A stretch of 64,000 bases of DNA from Lama guanicoe (taxonomy: Eukaryota). Location of the stretch: the NCBI GenBank assembly GCA_013239625.1, contig MU053376.1, positions 1,140,833 to 1,204,832 on the forward strand, in the 5' to 3' direction. Of the stretch, positions 13,200-24,140 are shown in pieces. Below the pieces are notes generated by a model. It saw nothing but the letters and a program-made list of their open reading frames with translations. It was not told where the DNA came from and ran no database searches. The position numbers and the translations under genes were made by a program. Within the stretch, counting starts at the first letter, position 1. Each line of letters begins with the position of its first letter.

Positions 13200-13490
13200 T
13201 CCATTGCATCAAAAGGAACAAAATACCCAGAAATAAACCTAACCAAGGAAGTTATCTATACTCCAAAAACTGTAAAACACTGATGAAGGAAGCTGAAAAT
13301 GTCACAAAGAAATGGAAAGATATCCCGTGCTCCTGGACTGGAAGAATCAACATTATCAAAATGACTGCATTACCCAAATCCACAGATCCAATGCAACCCC
13401 CATCAAATTACTCACAACATTTTTCACAGAACTAGAACAAACAATTCCAAAATTTATATGGAATCATAAAGACTCCGAACTGCCAAAGCA
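13200..13490 (+). mobile_element. L1 ORF2 (post-RT region) fragment
   Basis: Sequence AAATGGAAAGATATCCCGTGCTCCTGGACTGGAAGAATCAACATT... and peptide '[27 protein letters not shown]' are characteristic of L1 ORF2. Confidence 0.85.
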
Positions 13491-13548
13491 ATTTTTTTTT
13501 CTCTCTCTCTCTTATTTCTTTTTGTTCTCTTTTCTTATGGTTTGATGA

Positions 13549-14443
13549 CTAGAGAAATTCCTTTAACATTTGTTGTAAAGCTGGTTTGGTGGTGCTGAAT
13601 TCTTTTAGCTTTTGTTTATCTGTGAAGCTTTTGAATTTCTCCATCAAATTGGAATGAGAGCCTTGCTGGATAGCGTACTCTTGTTTGTAGGTTTTTCCCT
13701 TTCATCACTTCAAATATATCTTGCCACATCCTTCTGGCCTGTAGAGTTTCTGCTGAAAAATCAGCTGATAACCTTATGAGAGTCCCTTGTATGTTATTTG
13801 TTACTTTCCTCTTGCTAATTTTAATATTTTCTCCTTATCCTTAATTTTTGTCAATTTGATGGCTATGTGCTTCAGTGTGTTCCTCTTTGGGTTGATCCTG
13901 GGTGAAACTCAGCGCTTCCTGGATTTGGGTGACTGTTTCCTTTCCCAAGCTGGGGAAGTTTTTGGTTATTATCTCTTAAAGCATTTTCTCAGGTTCCTTC
14001 CCTCTCTCTTCTCTTTCTGGGACCCTTATAATGCGAATCTTAGTGTGCTTCATGTTGTCCCAGAGTTCTCTTAAACTATCCTCATTTCTTTTCATTCTTT
14101 TTACTTTTTTCTGTTCTGCAGTAGTGATTTCTACTAATCTGTCTTCTAGCTCACTGATCCGTTCTTCTGCCTCATTTAGTCTTGGTTCTTGGTTCCTTCT
14201 AGTGTGTTATTCATTTCAGTGATTTTATTCTTTAACTCTGTTTGGGTATTCTTTATGTTTTCCAACTCTTTGCTAAAAACTTCATTCTGTGCATTTATAC
14301 TCCTCTTGAGTTCTCTGAACATCCTCGCCATCATTACTTTAAACTCTTTCTCATATAAATTGCCTGTCTCCTCATCACTTATTTCTTCTTCTGGGATTTT
14401 TATCTTGTGCCTTGGCCTGGGAGATATTCCTCTGCTGCCTCAT
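13549..14443 (-). mobile_element. Degenerate L1 ORF1 within the composite insert
   Basis: Starts ATG AGG CAG CAG AGG AAT ATC TCC CAG (MRQQRNISQAKAQDK, typical of an L1 ORF1 N-terminus). Ends ...KLKEFSTTKPALQQMLKEFL-TAG, the typical ORF1 C-terminus. Interrupted internally, with no full ORF in the track. Confidence 0.8.
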
Positions 14444-15599
14444 ATTGTTTATCTTTCTTTTTGTATGTTTAGGTATTATTATTATTTTTTTTTAATGGAG
14501 GTACTGGGGATTGAACCCAGGACCTCGTGCATGCTAAGCATGCACTCTGCCAGTGAGCTATACCCTCCATCTCCCCTTGAGTCTTCACGGTAGCCCATTC
14601 CTGTGAGGGGGTATTATTCTGCCCAAGGCCACACACCTGGTGAGAAACTGGCAGAGCTGAGATTCAGAAGCCCCGGGAGGATGGTGCCTCCAGCGGTGTA
14701 TTCAGGGCATGCTAAGGATCAAGACAGACACCATCTCCAGGACTGGATTTTGTATTTAGTGTCTGCCCACTTTCCTCCTTCTGCTGGTCCTTTGATCCAT
14801 TCCATTGTGAGTGACAGATGGAGAATGGGGCCCTTTGCCTCCTTTGTGGCTGGAGAGAACCCACTTATGCAGGAAGCTAACCCCTCTTCCTGAAGTCTGG
14901 AAGGCCACAGGAGGTGGTATCCAGTTTGGCATTCTTCTCTCCATGGCCTCCCCTATGGCTCTGGGTCATCTGTGAAAATAGAATGAGGCCCAGATGACAG
15001 TTTCCCTGATCTGATATTGCCTTTCCCCAGTGAGATCTGCATCCATTCCTGGCACCCAGGGAGCTGAGGCCATCCAGATAGATTAAGGATCTCAATAGGA
15101 AGCATGGGTAATATAAGAGCAAGCATGGGGCTGAGTGTTAGGAGACCTGAGTTCTAGTCCTGACTGACACCAACCACTTCTGTGCCTTTTACCAATCACT
15201 AATTCATTCTACAAATACTGGTGCCCTCTGGATGCTGGCCTGTGGATATGATGGTGACCGGATGGACATGGTCTCTGCCCTCAGAGAGTTCTCAGTCTAG
15301 CGAGAAATAAACAAGCAGAACCTAGACAGAAGAAGATGTGTCCACAATGGGGAAAGAACAGAATGGCCTTGGGGTGTATAACAGGAGGGAGCCCCCAACC
15401 CAAAGAGGAGGAGGTTGGCCTGGGGCAACTTCTTGCAGACAGGGCCTTTTAAGCTGAGACTGTTAGCCAGATGAATCAACATTTTCTCGTAAGTAAGATG
15501 AAGGAATCATACAGGTGAGCCTAAAATTCTTTTCAAGCTTACTCTAGACTCCTATGGATTCTTCCCAGTATCCCCAACACCGAGCCCACTGCGAGGCAC

Positions 15600-16048
15600 A
15601 AAAGAGGTGCTCAGTAGATGCCTATGAACCAAAGGCATGCCTGTGCAGTGAAATTTAAAGATGAAAGTGATTTCCATCCATTCCCAGCTAAACTGACATG
15701 GCAGGGGTGGAGGGTGGGAGCTGGGGGAGGCTGGGGAGGATAAGGGTAAATTTTCTGCACTCTTGGACCTTCCCCAATTCCATTTCAGCTTCCTTTGACC
15801 AGAATGTGAATCCCCATTTAGGAAAAAGAGGTGCTCAGTAGATGCCTATGAACCCAAAGGCATGCCTGTGCAGTGAAATTTAAAGATGAAAGTGATTTCC
15901 ATCCATTCCCAGCTAAACTGACATGGCAGGGGTGGAGGGTGGGAGCTGGGGGAGTCTGGGGAGGATAAGGGTAAATTTTCTGCACTCTTGGACCTTCCCC
16001 AATTCCATTTCAGCTTCCTTTGACCAGAATGTGAATCCCCATTTAGGA
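15600..16048 (+). repeat. Near-perfect tandem duplication, 224 + 225 bp
   Basis: 15600-15823 and 15824-16048 both run AAAAGAGGTGCTCAGTAG...CCCCATTTAGGA. I see only one 1-bp indel and one substitution. Confidence 0.95.
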
Positions 16049-16954
16049 GGGCAAGTCACGGATAGCCAAAGTCTTCAGAGAAAATAGATCTCTCCAGTTC
16101 TAGTAGAGATGCAGACTGGTGGCCTCCGAGAAACTACCAGACAGGGCTTTAGTGATGAATGGACCTGGCTGCTGTCTGTCCACCACAGATAAGCAAGAGA
16201 GGCAGACAAACAGACACAGAGCAGGAACAGCATAAGACTCGGAAGTGATCTTAACTGCTGAAACTCAATGCTCAAATTCCTTAAAGGGAGACCTGATCTC
16301 TTGCAGAGTGAGAATAGCAGACAGGGAACCTGATTACATCAGGGACTTGGCTGCTGCCAGATATTGGGGAATTCCTGGGTCATGTGCCCGGATGTGCCCA
16401 GGAATCTGGGCTGAGCTGAGCCCTTTCAGTCCTTCCTGCCCCACCATCCAGTCCAGATTGGGAGGGGCATGCCCTATGGGTGATGGCTGTGTGAAGAACT
16501 CTGGGGATAACCATTATTGAGCCTCCTAGGTGCCTCACTGGCAAGACAATTAGGAACAAGCATCTGACCCAGTCTTTACATACTTCACAATCTGTGTGTG
16601 TGTCTGTGTGGGTCCAGATCAACAAAACAGGATGTTAATGTGGCTCAGAGCAAGGACTGCTGTGATGTGTGAAATGCAGGGTGCTACTGTGTGGGCAGGA
16701 GAGGGATACCAAGGCTGTGTTTTGGGGGTGAGATGGGGAGTGGGGGGGTAAGGCAGTTCTTCTGAAAAGGAAGTACATCTGAAAAAGAAGATGAATCTTG
16801 AGGGGTCACTGTCTAAGAATTAGCTCCCTGCTATCAAGTTTACAGTTTAGTAAGGAAAATAAGATAAATATACAATTTACCATATAATCCAAAGCAGAAA
16901 GTGGGAAGGCTTTTAAGACAGGTCCAAAATGCCATGTGGGAACAAGGTCCTTCG

Positions 16955-17121
16955 GTACAGTACAGGGAACTATATTCAAGACTTTGTAATAACCTATAAT
17001 GAAAAGAACATGAAAAAAGATATGCATATATAGATGTATGACTGAATCACTATGCTGCACACCAGAAACTAACACAATGTTGTAAATCAACTATACTTCA
17101 ATTTAAATAAACAAATAAATA
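16955..17121 (+). mobile_element. L1 3' end fragment
   Basis: TACAGGGAACTATATTCAAGACTTTGTAATAACCTATAATG...ACTATACTTCAAT plus a (TAAA)n tail. Confidence 0.85.
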
Positions 17122-17429
17122 GAGCACATCCACACACACACAAAATGGCACGTGGGGCTGAAAGGGTGAGTCATTCTGGCTCAGGGGCTGGAGAGAGGCC
17201 AGTCAGACCTTGAAGGGAGGGTAGAAATTGGAAAACTGTGATGAAAGACTTTCAGGGGTGGGGTGGGTGGGGTGGGAGTGAGGGGAGATGCCGAGAGAGC
17301 AGAGTAGCAGGGGTGGGGCAGGGAAGTAAATAAGGGCCAGCTGAGCACTCTCTGGATCTGATGAGCTACAGGGGGTCTCCCAGGTCCTAGAGCAACTCCT
17401 GCCTTGGGAGTTATCTCAGTATAGACGCC

Positions 17430-19087
17430 CAGGCAATCTGGCTCCAGAAACAGCATGCTCAGCCAGCATGCTTTGGCTTGGGGAGGATTCTTGATTGGCC
17501 CAAGTCTGAAGTATAGGGCCCCTCTTTCTTTTCCTCTGGGAAAAGGGCTGCTGCTGGCTGCAGGGATCAGCTTACCACCATTTTGCCTAAGACCTCAATC
17601 ATTATATTTCTCTTCCCCAGAGCTCTGAATTACAGCCCTCAAGTCACTCTTGGGTGGTGGACAACATGGCCTGGAAGGTGTTGGCCTCCCTTTCTCAGGG
17701 GCTGGTGGAACCTGCTCTTTGGAAGAGCAAGATTGGGAAGTGGGAGTCTAGAGAGTGTTGTGAATGCTGCAAATCTCTGGCAAATTGGGATGCTTGACTC
17801 AATGCTGCCCTCTGCTGACCAAACTAAGCCTAGCAAGTTTTGTGGGCTGCCCAAGGCTGTGACCGTAAGAGGGGGTCTGCTTAGGCAATTTGTTTCTTCA
17901 GTGAGCCAAACATTTGTTTGTTCATTCATTCATTTGTTCACTTAGCAAATATGTACTGAGCAACTCCAGTAATAGGTATAATGTTATCTAACATTTATTG
18001 AGCCAGCCCTGGTTCTAAGTGTCTTAGGCATACTGTCATGTCCAAGACCACGCAGTTCTAGCTAGGAATAACGGAGCTGGGAGGCAAACCCTGTCAGTCT
18101 GACGTTACCGCTCAAGTCCCTAAGGCTCACACTGCCTTGTGTGCCCAAATGGACTTTGGAAGAACAAGATGGAACTGGTGAGCTACTTAAATTCTAAATT
18201 CTCATAAGCCTTACCAAGAATTTTGGGAATTCTCTGCTGCAGACACTGAAAACAGTCCCCAGGCTGTCGATTACAACGGGAAACTGAAGGTTATTCACAG
18301 GCCAGGCCTGGGAGGGATGTGATCCAAGGAGAAACTAGCTCTTCTGGCCACGCCAGAGAGCTTGCCTGTCTCCTGCCTGGAGTAGCAGGGAAAACACGCA
18401 CAGACGGACAGGAGTCAGGAGTCCTGGGTTCCAGCTCCTCTTGTACCACTAACCCACACCATGGTCATGGCCAAGGACCTTCTCTCTTAGGGGTCAGTTT
18501 CCCCATTGATAAAAAGGGGTTTGGATAAATCAACTCTGAGTTCCATTTCAACTCTGCTGTAGCTTCTCTGCGGTATTTCAGCAGGGACAAACTAGAAATG
18601 TCAATCACACTTGTTCTTCTGCCCACCTGGCAACCAATTCTCTCAATACAGGACCCTCAGGAGCCCTGTGCCCTCTCCCCAGACTGGCATGATGTTTTGG
18701 CTCAGGAATCTGGCAACCTGGGCTCCAGGCCCTGCTCTGCTCTGCCACTCTTTGACTATGACTATCCCTCATCTCTTGGCAACTCTGTGGGTGAAAATTA
18801 CTCTTTTTTCATACAGCAAACATACTTACTGTGTGCTGGCCTCTGTATGAATGAACTCAATCCTCACCACAACTCTACAAAGTAGGTATTAACATGTGAT
18901 GTCCCCCATTGCACAGATGAGGAAACTGAAACATAGAGAAATTAAATAACTGCCCGTGCAGGCTTATTACAGAGCTGGCAAGTGATGGAGTCAGATTGGA
19001 GCGCAGGCAACCTGGCTCCAGAAACAGAAGGCTCAGCCAGCATACTTTGGCTTGGGGAGGATTCTTGATTGGCCCAAGTCTCAAGTA
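17430..19087 (+). repeat. Dispersed 84-bp direct repeat (17430-17513 and 19004-19087)
   Basis: CAGGCAA(T/C)CTGGCTCCAGAAACAG...CTTTGGCTTGGGGAGGATTCTTGATTGGCCCAAGTCT(G/C)AAGTA, 5 mismatches counted by eye. Confidence 0.9.
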
Positions 19088-19814
19088 GACTAAGCTCCCT
19101 AAGTCAGAGTTCCTTCGACCTGAAATGTGCCCCACGACCTCTTTGTGGACTTGCTGTGGGATGAAACAAGATGGGAAGCTGCCAGACTGATGGTTTCCTG
19201 TCTGCTTGGGTTTGGCTGGGCTCTGGTCTTCCCAGGTCCCCTCCCCTCAATTCTGACAGAGACAGAGTGTGTGTTTGTGTGGTCGTGGTAGGAGCTATGA
19301 CAACATATCCCTGAGCTACAGCTGATCTGATCTGGGATAAAGGACTGTTAAGATAAGCTCAGGGCTAGGAAGTGGTCATTGAAACCACCTAAGGCTGGAG
19401 CTCTGAGCTGGAGGGAGGGGGGGGGGCGCGGGGAGGGGGAGAGGCTGCAGCCTCACTCAGGGGAGAAAAGGGAGGGCTTTTGAATTACTCTCAGTGCTGA
19501 TTTTTTTTTAAAATGCCAAAACAAGGGTTCTTGTTGAGAGTTGGGAGACGGGTGGCTGGATATTTATGTAGATTTAAAGTCTAGGGCTGCTAGTCTATAT
19601 TTTTGAAAGGAGTCCCCTTGCCCCAAAGATCTTTTTTTTTTTTCTGTCCTTCATTTCTGTGCTCTTTTCTCAGTCTCTAAGGTTGTATCACTCCCATTTC
19701 TGGGGGACTGAGAAGTAGAGGGGGCCAACTATGCTTAAGACTGGGGTAAAAGCTTTCATGGGATCCATCCACTGGGTATCCAGTCACCAAGCACTTTTCA
19801 CTCACTCACTCTGG

Positions 19815-19867
19815 TGTTTGTTTTGTTTTGCTTTGTTTTGTTTTGTTTTGCTTTGTTTTGTTTTTTT
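19815..19867. repeat. (TTTTG)n pentanucleotide repeat
   Basis: Direct reading. Confidence 0.9.
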
Positions 19868-20310
19868 AAGCCCTGGTGTGCTTTTGTTTTAAGTCATCTA
19901 AGATCCTTGACGGACTGAGATGGGAAATGAGTAAATAAAAATAACCCCCATCTTCACAGGGGTTCACACTTTCACATCTGCTACTTGACTGAGCCTTCAC
20001 TGACCCTGTGAAGGCAGGGCCTCGGGTTAGATCCTGGGCTACAGAAACTACTGGTGTAGTTGAGGCAGGGGTACCTGAGCCTCGGAACGGCGGTCAGAGA
20101 ATGGGTTTCCATTCCAGGCTCTGCCCCTTGTGGCCACATGGCCTGGGGCAGGTGACTCAGTCTTTTCAGTTCCTATTGGTCCAAGGAGACCCTGAATGTG
20201 AAGGCTCCTTGTAAGCCGGTAGAGACTCCCCATCAGCCAGGGGTGTATGGCTGTGCATGCTGTGGCTCAGAGCTCAGTACTTCATACTCTATTTAAATGC
20301 TGCTCTCTTG

Positions 20311-20400
20311 GGAAAGGGGATAGCTCAGTGGTAGAGCATGTGCTTGGCATACACAAGGTCCTGGGTTCAATCCCCAGTGCCTCCATTAAAAAAAAAGACA
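20311..20400 (+). mobile_element. tRNA-Ala-derived SINE (Vic-1-like, short form)
   Basis: TAGCTCAGTGGTAGAG...GGTTCAATCCCC and poly(A). TSD TTAA(A/T)TGCTGCTC(T/C)CTTG at 20293-20310 and 20401-20418. Confidence 0.9.
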
Positions 20401-22727
20401 TTAATTGCTGCTCCCTTGAAGGGGCCGAGTGTCTTCTTCCTCCTGCCTGCCTCCACAGCTGCCACTTGTACTCAGGGAGGACCAGGCAGGGCAGGGCATG
20501 GGAGGTGTGCCCAGGAGGGAGGGGGAAGGAGGGTCTGCCTGGTTCCGGTGCCGCCTCCCTGTGGGTGCCTGGCTCCCACTGGCAACCTTAGTCCTTTGCC
20601 TCCGAAGCTGATCCTGGAATGTAAACCCCAAGCAAAGCACTCTTTGGCCAGGTCACCAGCTCCTGGCCCTCAGCTAGCCAAGGTGGGAGCCAGCATTTCT
20701 CTTGGCCCTGAGTGACACTAGTACAATCTGGTGCTGGAGGCTGTTACCACAAGCCTGGATTAACAGGTTGGCTGTCGCCCACAGCTTCTGAAAAGCCCCA
20801 TCCTGACCCATCACTCCTGTCAGAGCCCTCCGCGCAGGGGAGAGGGAACCCACTCCCCAAGCAGGGGGATCTGAAGTCTTGCTGGTTTTCGGGATCTGCA
20901 TCCTCATGCTCGTGCCAGCCAGATGGGCTCCGAGGAAGGTGGGCGTTGTAGAGGCACTCTCAAAGCCGGCATCCTCTGGGCGCCTTAGTTTCTGACTTGC
21001 AGTTTAGCCGTTTGCTGCACATTTATTCCATTCAGTTACTTGTTACGTGTTTAGGCACCGTGCGCCCAACACTGAGATGCTCTGGGCCCACAAAGGTTAA
21101 CGGTATCTGCAGGGTCCTGAGGGGAACCTGTGTGAATGGGGCTGAGGTGGGGAGACAGTGGCTTGCACTCATCAGGTACACAAGGGAGGGGGCATGCTGC
21201 ATCCTGGGGGGAGGGACAGGCTGGGCTGGATGGGGAGGCAAGCAGCAGGGACAGTCCTCCGGGAGCAGCTTGCTCCCAGTGGTCTCCCGCAGGCAACACC
21301 GGACAGAGGTGAGGAAGGGAGACAGGAAGGGCAGGAGTTTTGTGAATGGTCTTAGAAGCCAAGACGGAGGCTTGGGAATCGCCTGGAGGACCAAGGGGAG
21401 CTGAGGGAGGGTGTTTAAGCTCTGTGACGATGTCGGCAGACTTGTAGATGAGAAGTGTCTCTGAAAGGGCAGGAGAATCCAGCAGTGACGTGGAGAGGGG
21501 TCGGAGAAGAGCAATGAGGCGGTCATTTTCCACCCTGGGTTGAGCCAGCTTCCCCAAGGTGCAGGGGTCTGAGGTCTCAGGTGGACTAAGACCAAGTTGG
21601 GATGGCAGCTCCAATCCAGTCCCTTTCTGCTATAGATGGGGACACTGGATCTAGGGTGGGGAGCCTGAGAAAGGGATTTGTAAATTACTATTCCCTTGTA
21701 AGTGTTCGTTTTCAAGAATGTGAATTTGCTAAACTGAGGTTAGGACCAAAGCCCATTTTCTGTTGAACAGGAGGCCGGGTGCCCCGAAGTCCTCCTTCTA
21801 GTCCTGCAGATAAGACGGGCAGGGTGAGCCACCTTGGAGACAGTGAATGGGGCCTGAGGGATCCCCTCGTCCTGCTGGTACATCCACCCCCTCCCCCCCA
21901 AAGCTGACCAAGGCTGGAGCCTGGACGGCCCAGCTAGAGCCCAAGCAGGCTAGGGGACCACCAGCTGCGGGCCTGGGGTTCCTCACTGGCCCCTCTGTGG
22001 AGCAGCACGTGGAGGGTGCCGGCAGGGGGAGGGGAGCCTCGATCCTGCGGGAGACAGACATCTCTCCAACCACCTAGAAAACCCATCACTTCTAAAGTGT
22101 CACCTCAGGCAGCAAGTCCCCAAACACTTCCCCGACATCCAGTCCCTCAACCCCCAACGTTCTGAATCATCAGCCAGATATTTCCTCTTTGGAAGAGGTT
22201 GGGTCACTGGGAGATTTTGCATGAAAAAAAAAGAAACTGTCTCAGGAGCCAGGAGAACCCAGTCTGGCTAAGTTGGAAACTGGGACCGGGGCACCAGGAT
22301 CGTCCCCTGTTCTTCGCGTAAAGGAACCATCCGTTCACTCACTCAGCCCGTGTTTATCAAGTGCTGGCTGCGTGCCTGGCCCGCCCCAGGTGCTGAGCAG
22401 GTGAAGGCTGGCAGGGAAGAGCGGGCTCCCCACCCCGTTTACAGAGCTTGTGGAAGTCACCAGACTCCTCTGTGTCTCAGTTTCCGTGCCTGTAAAACAG
22501 ATTGATCCCAACCTTTCCCAAGCTCATAGGGATATGAGGGTGCAGAGGGCCCTCTAGCTACTCCGGCAAAGGGCAAACCCTGGCAGAGGGCTCTGGAGGG
22601 CGTGGCAGTGTGGACACCCTAAGAGCAGATGATCCTGCGCTGGCGAAGACTGAGGATGTTATGGCAACTCACCTTCCACACCAAAGGGGTTCTGCGCCTG
22701 GGCACCTGCTCCCAGCGTGTGGACGAG

Positions 22728-23046
22728 AGTGTGAGGGGTAGATGTCTGAGTGCAGGCTGTGCGTGAGCACATAAACATGTGCGTGAACAGGTGTGCATAT
22801 TCGTGTCAGGTGTGTGTGCGGATGTGTGGAAGTGCGAGGTGTATTTCAAGTGTGTAAGTGTGAGAGTTTAAGGCACGTGTGAGCGTGAGCTATATTGTCA
22901 GAGTACGAGGCAAGCGCGAAGCATAAGAGTGAGGTGTATGAGTGGTTATGTGAGTGCGTGTAAGGAATGTCTGTGTAAGAGGGAGGGGTGTGTGGGTGTG
23001 TGAGGTAGTATACGTGAGTGTGTGTGTGTGTGTGTGCGCGTGCATG
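22728..23046. repeat. Degenerate TG-rich low-complexity tract ending in (TG)n(CG)n
   Basis: About 320 bp of mostly alternating purine-pyrimidine sequence. Confidence 0.8.
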
Positions 23047-23736
23047 TGGGGCGGGGCTCAGCTGGCCCAGAGCGGGCGGGTGGAGATGCAGGAAGCTGTT
23101 TGGTGTGAAATTCACACCGTCTGTAAGGGGCTCCCTCACTCTTGGAAAGAGGAGCACTTTTTGGCCTCTGGGCTGCGGACGGTGGTTTCTTGGCACTGCT
23201 TTGTGTTATCAGGAATATGGGCTCTGGGGGGATCCTTGAACCAGGTCCACACCTAGCTGGGAAGCTCAAATGAACTGGAGTATTTGGGAAAACAGCCCAT
23301 AGTTTAAATCATTAAAGGGTCACATCATGAGGGAGAATGCAAACTCTACAAGAATGTTAACACAGGACATTCTACATACGGTTTGCCCTCGCAGTCAGAG
23401 GCTCGCCGCCCTTTCTCCGAGATCATCTCTCCCTCTGCTGTCACTCCATGAACCCTGGGTGAGGAGGGGTGTGGTCTGAGAGGTGCATCTTACTGACCCC
23501 CCCCTTCCCCCAAACGCTTCTTCTCAAGACATCTACCCAACATTCAAGCTCTATACAAACTCCAACTTGCCTTCCAACCTCTTTTCACACCACTCCCCAC
23601 TCCTGCGTGCACTTTGGCGCCCAAGTCGCCCTTTCCTCGAAGCTCAGTTGTAATGGCAGGCTCCTCCAGGAAGCCTTCCCGGATCAGCTCGGTGCTCAGA
23701 GGACTCCTGCTTCCTGTCTCTCCCATCCGCCCGTTA

Positions 23737-24140
23737 CATGGTGGTTGAGTGGGGTTGTGTTCCCTAGAGAGAGATGTCGAAGTCCTAATTCCTGGTGTGA
23801 CTGTTTTGGGGAAATGGGACCTTTGCAGGTGCAAACAAATTAAGATAAGGTCATACTGGATTAGGAGGCCCTAATCTAATGACTGGTGTCCTTACAAAAT
23901 GGGAGAAATTTGGACACACACAGGAGAGAAGGCTTGAAGCAGAGGTTGGAATTAATCCTGTTATAAGCCAAGGAAAACCAAGGAACACCAAGGACGGCTG
24001 ACCCCCACTGGGAGCTGGGAGGAGGCAAGGAGGGTCCCCCCACCCTTGATTTCAGAAGTCTGCAATTGTGAAATACATTTCTGTTGTTTTTGAAGCCGCC
24101 AGTTTGCGGTATTTGGTTACGGCCGTCCCAGGAAAGTCGT
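23737..24140 (+). mobile_element. MaLR solo LTR (MLT1B/C-like)
   Basis: GGTCATACTGGATTAGGAGGCCCTAATCTAATGACTGGTGTCCTTA...AAATACATTTCTGTTGTTTTTGAAGCC...TATTTGGTTACGGC, hallmark MLT1 motifs. Confidence 0.85.

Larger units (their letters stand above)
12112..14571 (-). mobile_element. Vic-1-like SINE split by a 2.3-kb composite L1-rich insertion
   Basis: SINE head at 14489-14571 and tail at 12112-12176 share outer TSD TCCCCTTGAGTCTT (12098-12111 / 14572-14585). The insert at 12192-14473 is flanked by TATTATTATTATTTT (12177-12191 / 14474-14488). Confidence 0.85.

Noticed and set aside
13787..14593. Hydrophobic plus-strand ORFs resembling membrane proteins
   Set aside because: They are antisense translations of A-rich L1 ORF1 and the SINE.
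21032..21715. 227-aa minus-strand ORF (and overlapping 187-aa ORF)
   Set aside because: Pro/Ser/Leu-rich, no recognisable domain, non-ATG start and no exon evidence. Consistent with a chance ORF in GC-rich DNA.
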